Positions 9,621 through 16,206 of a DNA stretch of 64,000 nt are shown piece after piece. Every line of letters begins with the position of its first letter. Position 1 is the stretch's first letter. The notes under the pieces are model-generated. The model was given only the letters and a program-made list of their open reading frames with translations. It was not told the origin of the DNA and did no database searches. Made by a program: the position numbers and the translations under genes. This stretch comes from Candidatus Omnitrophota bacterium (lineage in GTDB: Bacteria; Omnitrophota; Gorgyraeia; Gygaellales; Profunditerraquicolaceae): assembly GCA_020058085.1 (NCBI GenBank), contig JAGVER010000010.1, positions 1,549 through 65,548 on the forward strand, given 5' to 3'.

Positions 9621-10360
9621 TATATCTTCTCTCTCCCGAGATACTCTTTTACTTTCTCTAAATCTTCCGGGGTATCAACTCCTATAGTATCGAATTTGGT
9701 TTCCACAACCTTAATTCTGAAGCCTTCCTCTAAAACTCTTAATTGCTCCAATTTCTCTGTCATCTCCAGATTAGAGACAGGCAGATTCTTATAAGTAAAA
9801 AGAAAATCCTTGGTATAACCATAAAGGCCGATATGTTTATAGTAGGCTGGATTTTTTACGCTAGAATTATTAGCTAAGTAAGGAATGGCATTACGAGAGA
9901 AATATAACGCGAAGTTATTCTTATCTGTTACTACCTTAACTACATTGGGGTCATTAATCAGGCTTGGGTCTTCTATCTTCTTCATAATAGTAGCCATGGA
10001 GACTACAGGATTATCAAGCAGCGCCCTGGCGACGCTATCAATCATTGTGGGATGAATCAAAGGCTCATCCGCCTGAATATTAACTATAATCTTAACATCT
10101 AAAGGATTAACTACCTCGGCGATTCTGTCTGTACCACAGTCATGGCTCTTAGAAGTCATCACTACTTTAGCGCCAAATCCGCGGGCAGCATCTGCTATCG
10201 CCTCATGGTCACAGGCAATAATTACCTCATCCAATAATCTTACTTGTTTGGCCCTCTCCCATACATGCTGGACCATCGGCTTGCCCATTATATCCGCTAA
10301 GACCTTGCCTTCAAAACGAACAGAAGAATATCTTGCTGGTATTACTCCTATTACATCCAT
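9620..10360 (-). CDS. kdsB: 3-deoxy-manno-octulosonate cytidylyltransferase (CMP-KDO synthetase)
   Basis: 246 aa. IPARYSSVRFEGKVL, NIQADEP, GVDTPEDLEKV. Confidence 0.93.
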   Translation of the reverse strand: MDVIGVIPARYSSVRFEGKVLADIMGKPMVQHVWERAKQVRLLDEVIIACDHEAIADAARGFGAKVVMTSKSHDCGTDRIAEVVNPLDVKIIVNIQADEPLIHPTMIDSVARALLDNPVVSMATIMKKIEDPSLINDPNVVKVVTDKNNFALYFSRNAIPYLANNSSVKNPAYYKHIGLYGYTKDFLFTYKNLPVSNLEMTEKLEQLRVLEEGFRIKVVETKFDTIGVDTPEDLEKVKEYLGREKI

Positions 10361-10362
10361 AA

Positions 10363-11376
10363 TTAACCTAACCTCTCTCTTAATTCAACCTGATTAGTAG
10401 TGGCTGTCCCTACTTTACCAACGACAATTCCGGCAGCATAATTAGCAATATGCGCCGCCTCTAATTTGCTCGCGCCAACAGCTAAACTTAAGGCAAATGT
10501 GGCGATTACCGTATCCCCGGCTCCGGAAACATCAAATACCTCTTGTGCGACCGTCGGGATATGCGTAATCTTGCCCCCTTTTTCAAATAACTTCATCCCC
10601 TGCTCTCCCAAGGTAACTAATAAAGACTCCAGCTCCAGATACTCCAATATCTGCTTCCCCGCTGATTCAATATCACTATCCGAAAAAAGCTTCTCGCTAT
10701 CAAATTTAAATTTATTTTTCTTATCCTTAATCTTTAAGTTTCTTACCGCGTTCTCCAATTCTTTGCGATTTGGGGTAATTGAGGTAACTCCGCGATAATA
10801 TTGAAAATGATCTTCTTTAGGGTCAACGAGAATAATTTTTTTGTGAGTCTGGGCAAGTAGAATTAGCCCTTCGAGCAACTGGGCGTTAATCACGCCTTTG
10901 CCGTAATCCTCAATAATTATAACATCGAAACTTTTGATATTATCTTTAATAAAATTAAATATTTCCCGCGTTGTCTCTTTCGGTAAAGGTTCAGCATGCT
11001 CCCAGTCAACCCTAACTACCTGCTGATGCCCGGCGATAATACGCGTCTTAACCGTAGTGCATCTCTCTGGCATTACCGTTACGCCTTTGGTGCTGATATT
11101 TTCTTTTTTGAGCGCATTCAGAAGCAGATCGGCATTCTTGTCGCTTCCGATAACTCCGGCTAAACAAACTTTAGCCCCGTAGGAACTGATGTTATTCGCT
11201 ACATTAGCCGCTCCGCCCGGTATATGGGTCATCCTATTCGCCCAGACTACAGGCACAGGCGCTTCAGGAGAGATACGCTCTACCTTCCCCCAAATATATT
11301 CATCAAGGATTAAATCTCCGATGACCAAAACCCGCGCCTGATTAAGCTTTTTGATTATCTCTCTGAATTGCTTCAC
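10363..11376 (-). CDS. hldA: D-beta-D-heptose 7-phosphate kinase (RfaE domain I only, pfkB family)
   Basis: 337 aa. VLVIGDLILDEY...GGAANVA N-terminus, and the C-terminal pfkB signature DVSGAGDTVIA. No adenylyltransferase domain. GTG start preceded by GGAAGGAAAGG. Confidence 0.85.
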   Translation of the reverse strand: MKQFREIIKKLNQARVLVIGDLILDEYIWGKVERISPEAPVPVVWANRMTHIPGGAANVANNISSYGAKVCLAGVIGSDKNADLLLNALKKENISTKGVTVMPERCTTVKTRIIAGHQQVVRVDWEHAEPLPKETTREIFNFIKDNIKSFDVIIIEDYGKGVINAQLLEGLILLAQTHKKIILVDPKEDHFQYYRGVTSITPNRKELENAVRNLKIKDKKNKFKFDSEKLFSDSDIESAGKQILEYLELESLLVTLGEQGMKLFEKGGKITHIPTVAQEVFDVSGAGDTVIATFALSLAVGASKLEAAHIANYAAGIVVGKVGTATTNQVELRERLG

Positions 11377-11419
11377 TAGACCTTTCCTTCCTAATTAATT
11401 CTAACCGTGGGAAGTTATA

Positions 11420-11447
11420 ATTTTAGCATAATCCAGCATTAAATCAA
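11420..11447 (-). promoter_or_regulatory. Candidate sigma70-type promoter for hldA and the kds/lpt operon
   Basis: Minus strand reads TTGATT - 16 nt - TAAAAT (complements at 11442-11447 and 11420-11425). Confidence 0.3.
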
Positions 11448-11506
11448 CTATATATTTTAGATATGTTTTCACTTAGAATGCTTCTTTTAAGCTTCAAATA
11501 TTTATG

Positions 11507-11535
11507 TTAGATTTTACCTCTAGTTAGTCTATTAT
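11507..11535 (+). promoter_or_regulatory. Candidate promoter for the ORF6N gene
   Basis: TTAGAT (11507-11512) - 17 nt - TATTAT (11530-11535). AAAGGAG SD at about 11541-11547. Confidence 0.25.
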
Positions 11536-11556
11536 AGTAGAAAGGAGAAAATAAGA

Positions 11557-12105
11557 ATGTCTAACACAATCGCCGTGGAAGTTATAGCTACAAGGATTCT
11601 AGAATTAAGGGATAAGAAAGTAATACTAGATCGAGATTTAGCTAAGCTTTATGGAGTTTCAGCTAAGGTATTGAATCAGGCTGTAAAAAGGAATATGAAA
11701 CGTTTCCCGGAGGATTTTATGTTCCAGTTGTCGTGGGAAGAAGTAGCATCTTTAAGGTCACAAATTGTGACCTTAAACAATCCAAAACCAGAGACCTCTC
11801 AAAGGGGTAGGCATATTAAATATCTACCCTATGCTTTCACAGAATACGGTGTAGCTATGCTCTCAAGTGTATTAAACAGCGAAAGAGCTATACAAGTCAA
11901 TATCCTTATTATGCGAGCCTTTACCAAACTAAAAGAAGTTCTTTTAACTCATAAAGAACTAACCACAAAAATTGAGGATCTTGAAAAGAAATATGCCTCG
12001 CACGATGAGGCTATAAGAACGATATTTGAAGCAATTAAGCAACTTCTTGAACCACCACCGGTAAAACAAAAACCGCCTATCGGATTTCATACTTACGATG
12101 AGTAA
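11557..12105 (+). CDS. ORF6N (KilA-N-related) DNA-binding domain protein
   Basis: 182 aa. ILELRDKKVILDRDLAKLYGVSAKVLNQAVKRNMKRFPEDFMFQL...YAFTEYGVAMLSSVLNSERAIQVNILIMRAF is the characteristic ORF6N pattern seen in phage and mobile-element-associated proteins. One of only two plus-strand genes. Confidence 0.8.
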   Translation: MSNTIAVEVIATRILELRDKKVILDRDLAKLYGVSAKVLNQAVKRNMKRFPEDFMFQLSWEEVASLRSQIVTLNNPKPETSQRGRHIKYLPYAFTEYGVAMLSSVLNSERAIQVNILIMRAFTKLKEVLLTHKELTTKIEDLEKKYASHDEAIRTIFEAIKQLLEPPPVKQKPPIGFHTYDE

Positions 12106-12117
12106 AATAAAGTGACA

Positions 12118-12176
12118 GTTCTAACAAAACTTATTACGCAGCAATAGCTTATCTAGAAACGGTCTGGGGCTTTAAA
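12118..12176. repeat. Direct repeat copy 1 (~59 bp), degenerate GGTTCTA-type palindromic element overlapping the stop of 12149..12610
   Basis: GTTCTAACAAAACTTATTACGCAGCAATAGCTTATCTAGAAACGGTCTGGGGCTTTA matches 14805-14863 with 6 mismatches. The internal arms GTTCTA / TAGAAAC are inverted. Confidence 0.75.
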
Positions 12177-12610
12177 ACATTCTCAACCTCTTGAATATTT
12201 TCAGGACTGGCATCCCAACGCCCAAAAGAGCCTCTATATGTAGTCCGATATTTCATTTGAGAATCTTTGTCGAGAAATAGAATCCACCTTGAACCTTTTT
12301 CAGGCATTAAATCTTCAGTAAATCTCCACCCGGCTTCCGCTATGCATGCGGAACCATCGCTAAAATCATACCGTACATCCAAGACTTCAGGGACATTTGC
12401 ACCTTTTAATAAACGAATTATTTTATACTTCCCAATTGGCCCACTAAAATAATCGACTTTACCCTCCAACTTATACCCCGTATATTCAACAATAGCTATA
12501 AGTGGAGAGTTGAAAGCTTGGTCTTTTGTAGGTTCGAACATAGGTTTGGCAAAAACAGACGAGAAGCTTATAAAACAGAGTAAACTCATAATAACCAGTA
12601 ATTTTTTCAT
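12149..12610 (-). CDS. Secreted hypothetical protein
   Basis: Start moved to MKKLLVIMSLLCFISFSSVFA (GAGAAAGGA SD). Signal peptide present; no recognisable family. Confidence 0.6.
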   Translation of the reverse strand: MKKLLVIMSLLCFISFSSVFAKPMFEPTKDQAFNSPLIAIVEYTGYKLEGKVDYFSGPIGKYKIIRLLKGANVPEVLDVRYDFSDGSACIAEAGWRFTEDLMPEKGSRWILFLDKDSQMKYRTTYRGSFGRWDASPENIQEVENVLKPQTVSR

Positions 12611-12624
12611 AATTCCTTTCTCAA

Positions 12625-12671
12625 TGAAAAAACTCGGGCATTCCGGAGGAGATAACATCTGTCCCCGGAAT
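12625..12671 (-). terminator. Candidate intrinsic terminator after 12671..13339
   Basis: ATTCCGG / CCGGAAT stem (12665-12671 and 12640-12646). On the minus strand it is followed, after 7 nt, by U6 (A-run 12627-12632 on plus). The 5' arm touches the TAA stop. Confidence 0.3.
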
Positions 12672-13339
12672 TACTTATTTGCTTCAAAATCCTTTAGTTC
12701 TAACTTGGCCTTTTCAATAAAATCATCCACTACCAAGCGAAGAGTCTTTTTCCAGTTAGCTTCATTCGCTACCTGACAGAGATTCCGCGATGAAGCAGTT
12801 ATAATTATAGGTTTGTCTCTCTTAGGCACGGTTACAGTGTTTGTAGTAGTTATCTCGCTCTTTAAAGATAAAGTCCAGAATCCTGGCATAAACCAAGCCC
12901 AGAATTTGTCAATGGAGATATCCATTATAATAGCATCGGATTTAGCTTCCTTATCGTTGTTAACCACATCGTAACCAAGAGAGTATAAAGAATTACGCGT
13001 AGCTTCATAAATAACACTTTGTACGCTTTGGCCTTCTTCAAGTATGATATCCCCTAATGCCTTGCCATAGGTATTACGCTTTCTTGCTATAGCCCTACTC
13101 TTCATTTCCGGGGTAATTTTATTTAATTCCCCAAAACCTAATGACGGAATATCAGCGCTTTTAGGCTTTTCTTGAAATATCCGGCTATCTGTAATTGAAC
13201 GAATATACACCTGTTTACCATTAGAATTAGTTAAAATTCCAGCAGGTACTTGTATACCAAGATAACCCCGGTTTGTAGCACAACCAGTTAAATTAATAAT
13301 AACTACGAGCAGAACAAAAAAATTAAGTACCTTCTTCAT
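12671..13339 (-). CDS. Lipoprotein, possibly YajG/LptE-fold-like
   Basis: Start at MKKVLNFFVLLVVIINLTGCATN (AAAGGAG SD). Lipobox LTGC. The alternating helix/strand pattern resembles small YajG-like lipoproteins, but this is a weak call. Confidence 0.6.
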   Translation of the reverse strand: MKKVLNFFVLLVVIINLTGCATNRGYLGIQVPAGILTNSNGKQVYIRSITDSRIFQEKPKSADIPSLGFGELNKITPEMKSRAIARKRNTYGKALGDIILEEGQSVQSVIYEATRNSLYSLGYDVVNNDKEAKSDAIIMDISIDKFWAWFMPGFWTLSLKSEITTTNTVTVPKRDKPIIITASSRNLCQVANEANWKKTLRLVVDDFIEKAKLELKDFEANK

Positions 13340-13393
13340 CTCTTCTCCTTTCATTCTATCTAACCAAATAATTAAGTACTCTGTCCCCGGAAA

Positions 13394-14119
13394 TTAATTA
13401 ATCTTCTTGCTCATTTCTTCTACTAAATTACGATGAATTTCCAATGCTGCATAGTTAGGATCGTTTTTGTTCAAATATTTTTCTGCTTCCGAGATATAGA
13501 AAAGTGCCTGTTTCCAATCTCTCATATTTGTATAAACTGATCCAATGTTAGCGAGAGCTTGCCAACTATCAGGCATTACCTCTAAACACTTCTTGGCAGA
13601 CTGAATCGATAATTTGTAGAAACTATCATCTTTATTCCTATTATATGCTTCTATCCCCTTTTCAAGGTAATTGGAGCTTAAACTAAAATTAATCTCTGCT
13701 ATAAGGTTTCTATCATCTGTCTTTTGAAGAGCCAACTTACATAGTTCAATGGCCTTATCAAAATCATGGGTAGAATAATAATAAGTAACTTTTTTAAAAA
13801 TTTCCTCAACCGTAGATTCGGAATTAATTTCTATGTTATTTTTCATATCGGGTAGTTTTGCGTATTCTGGATTCAGGATTTCAATTGTAACGGATTTGCC
13901 CGAAGCGTATACTGGTTTACCATCGATGCTCTCAACCTCATCAAAGAAATATGTAAGCGGAACACCTAGAAAGTCTATTTTTATATACTTATCTGTCTTT
14001 TCAATTAACTTTCCTTCTACGCTCTTTCCTGATTTAAGAATTATCGTTTCGGCGAAAGTTTTAATTGGAAAACATAAAAATACTACCGCTATTAAGATAA
14101 TCGATCTTCTTTTATTCAT
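13394..14119 (-). CDS. Secreted TPR-repeat protein
   Basis: Start at MNKRRSIILIAVVFLCFPIKTFA (GGAGGAG SD). N-terminal beta-rich segment IILKSGKSVEGKLIEKTDKYIKIDF, then TPR-like helices. Confidence 0.65.
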   Translation of the reverse strand: MNKRRSIILIAVVFLCFPIKTFAETIILKSGKSVEGKLIEKTDKYIKIDFLGVPLTYFFDEVESIDGKPVYASGKSVTIEILNPEYAKLPDMKNNIEINSESTVEEIFKKVTYYYSTHDFDKAIELCKLALQKTDDRNLIAEINFSLSSNYLEKGIEAYNRNKDDSFYKLSIQSAKKCLEVMPDSWQALANIGSVYTNMRDWKQALFYISEAEKYLNKNDPNYAALEIHRNLVEEMSKKIN

Positions 14120-14184
14120 TTCTCCTCCTAGAGTAACCGAGACGCTTTCGCCAAATGAACACACTAGAATAAGTTATAAAAACA

Positions 14185-14709
14185 TTATTTTCTACCCAGT
14201 TTCTCGGTTACGGCTTTGGCCATATTTTCATTAAGCTTTCGCGCAGCACTTATCCATTCGCGGCCGGAGAATACACCGTCATCTTTGGTTGTAATCGCAT
14301 TCCTTCCATCCGCAAAAAGTTCATAGTGAATTTTAAGCGATACACCACCTGCCCCATAGCCTACAAGCATACGCGCGGCCTTACTTCCAGCGCGGTATTC
14401 AATTATTTTTACGGTAAGCAGATAGTCATTTGACTGGGGTTTAAAATCTCTGCGTTTTTCAATAAGCTTAGCCTGATAGCCAACTTTTGCATATCGAGCA
14501 AATACTCTTACTAAGTCATCATCCATCCAATCGGAGAGCTGCGTTTGCGCTTTGGCTTGACGAGCTTCAAGTTTTTCGTTTACACCATCGTCGAACAAAA
14601 TACAGATAGTAGTCTGGGCATTTTTCTCAACGGCATTTGCCGAATTAACAAAACCGATAGTAAGTGCTGCAACAATAAATACGGTTACCGCAATCAATTG
14701 TCTCTTCAT
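14185..14709 (-). CDS. Secreted protein, DUF4410-like
   Basis: 174 aa. Signal peptide ending SANA. The YRAGSKAARMLVGYGAGG motif resembles DUF4410 lipoprotein-family proteins. Confidence 0.55.
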   Translation of the reverse strand: MKRQLIAVTVFIVAALTIGFVNSANAVEKNAQTTICILFDDGVNEKLEARQAKAQTQLSDWMDDDLVRVFARYAKVGYQAKLIEKRRDFKPQSNDYLLTVKIIEYRAGSKAARMLVGYGAGGVSLKIHYELFADGRNAITTKDDGVFSGREWISAARKLNENMAKAVTEKLGRK

Positions 14710-14804
14710 ACTTTCCTCCTTTTTGCTGTTTCAACACTAAAAAACTTGTAACGCTTCTATGCTTCTTCTAAAAACCCCAACTCGCCAATATCTGTTAGGG
14801 GGCG

Positions 14805-14863
14805 GTTCTAACAAAACTTATTACACATCAATAACTTATCTAGAAACGGCCTGATGCTTTACA
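14805..14863. repeat. Direct repeat copy 2 (~59 bp) with a remnant of a gene 3' end
   Basis: GTTCTAACAAAACTTATTACACATCAATAACTTATCTAGAAACGGCCTGATGCTTTA. The minus strand reads ...VKHQAVSR-stop, versus ...LKPQTVSR-stop in copy 1, but there is no ORF upstream. It is preceded by GGGGGCG, which resembles the GGGGACG arm of the 17242 and 63431 palindromes. Confidence 0.75.
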
Positions 14864-14938
14864 ATATAAGAGATTACAAAAACCACATTCTAATATGTGC
14901 CCAAAAGTGCCTATCCTACAAGAATAATCGAACGTGTT

Positions 14939-15916
14939 TCAAAAATCCGAAGAGAATGGTATTTTTACTTTCTTAAAAAGTTCTCTAAAATCTTGATGGT
15001 CTTTTATTAATTTTACTCTGCTCAATAAATCTTCATCTTGAGCTAATGTGTACAGATTGAAAATCCGAGCAAATATAATAAAAAACGCAACTATATACTG
15101 CGTTCCACACATTATCTCTGGTTTAAAAGAATTTTCTTTGTCAGGAAAAATCGGAAAAGTAATTTTATTCAAAAAGCTGTCACTGATATTTGCCTTACAG
15201 CCTATATACCACGCATCCGGATGAGACTTAGATGAAAATATACCGTAATTCAGTTTGTAATGAAGATTGCCTAATCCAACAGTATTCGCTTTTTGTTTTA
15301 TACTTGTATATTTGTTTTTATTAATCAACCCAAACGACCAATCTCCGGTATAGACATATTGAATCTTCCCGCTTTGCTTATCTTTTTTCCTAAGTTCGAA
15401 TTTCCTCCTATATTTGAGGTAGTTTTTATATAAACTATCATAGTCTTTCCCAAGCCTATTTTTGAGGTCTTTAATAGTATCTTTTGGTTTTGAATCCGGA
15501 TATAGATAAATTAAGCGCATATATCGCGATACGTCAGCCATCGCTACAAATTGATTTAAGCGACGTTTAGTATATTTGTGGAGCATAAAAGAGAGATTAA
15601 CTAACAACTCGTAAATACGTCTTATCAACATAGTTGCCGCAGTCGTTTGACCATTCCAAGCAATGTGTATAGAGGAAACATAACAAGAAAACGCTTCACA
15701 AAATAAGGTAAAGACAACTGCTTCTTTTAATTCTCCAGCTGCGCCTGTTTTATAAGTAAAGTTGTTACCTGCTATAAGTTTTTTATTTTCTAAATAATTA
15801 GAAAGCAACAATAATCCTTCCTTGGCTCCTTCAAAAGCTTCACTTTCTTCTTTTGGCCATTTAACAGAAGTATCTGAATTTAAAAGCTTACCCTCGAGAT
15901 AGCTCTTTATGGACAT
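14939..15916 (-). CDS. Hypothetical cytoplasmic protein (orphan)
   Basis: 325 aa, very AT-rich. No signal peptide and no motif I can assign. Confidence 0.55.
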   Translation of the reverse strand: MSIKSYLEGKLLNSDTSVKWPKEESEAFEGAKEGLLLLSNYLENKKLIAGNNFTYKTGAAGELKEAVVFTLFCEAFSCYVSSIHIAWNGQTTAATMLIRRIYELLVNLSFMLHKYTKRRLNQFVAMADVSRYMRLIYLYPDSKPKDTIKDLKNRLGKDYDSLYKNYLKYRRKFELRKKDKQSGKIQYVYTGDWSFGLINKNKYTSIKQKANTVGLGNLHYKLNYGIFSSKSHPDAWYIGCKANISDSFLNKITFPIFPDKENSFKPEIMCGTQYIVAFFIIFARIFNLYTLAQDEDLLSRVKLIKDHQDFRELFKKVKIPFSSDF

Positions 15917-15994
15917 ATTTTCATGCTTTCATGTATTATCAATAAATACGAACACCTCATTCTTCAGTAAATTTTATTACTGTAATGCTAACCA

Positions 15995-16206
15995 AAACTT
16001 CAAGATGTCTCTGGCAAGGTTCGAGCGAGTGTCGATTTTAGCCAATGGAGCTTGAGTATTGAGGGAATCCGCCACAATCATTGGCGGACGGCAAAACTGT
16101 TTGAGCGCCGAGGTAGAGACTGAGGCGCGAGTTGTTTTGCCGCCGAAATGCGAAAGATCATTGGCGTTAAAAAATCGACCTTGAGCGAGAAGTTTGACAG
16201 AGACAT
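15995..16206. repeat. ~200-nt nested perfect-palindrome element (candidate structured ncRNA or MITE-like element)
   Basis: Starts right after the TAA at 16207-16209. On the minus strand the stacked closing helices are ATGTCTCTG/CAGAGACAT, CAAGG/CCTTG, GTCGATTTT/AAAATCGAC and GCCAATG/CATTGGC. They enclose GCAAAAC..GCGCC..GGCGC..GTTTTGC and CCGCCA..TGGCGG. All pairs are Watson-Crick. Confidence 0.55.

Noticed and set aside
8180-9687. Long plus-strand ORFs 8180..8833 and 9136..9687 (also 20139..20639, 51613..52116, 52835..53422 and many shorter ones)
   Set aside because: All lie antisense to confidently identified enzymes (kdsD, kdsA, GT4, purE, purD). Their composition is typical of antisense frames of AT-rich genes, and they have no SD or motifs.
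14138-14151. 14-mer CGAGACGCTTTCGC shared with the 36451-36503 hairpin arms
   Set aside because: A single 14-nt match in 64 kb (both strands) is within chance expectation and there is no additional shared context. It is noted only in case a genome-wide count shows enrichment.
14939-15916. HEPN-like R-x6-H (RVKLIKDH) in the orphan protein
   Set aside because: A single short motif with the longest allowed spacing and no supporting helical context can easily arise by chance.
15917-16206. Retron msr/msd-like or integron attC-like interpretation of the palindromic element
   Set aside because: The downstream 325-aa protein has no reverse-transcriptase YxDD motif. There is no IntI-type integrase adjacent, and the inverted cores do not fit RYYYAAC/GTTRRRY.
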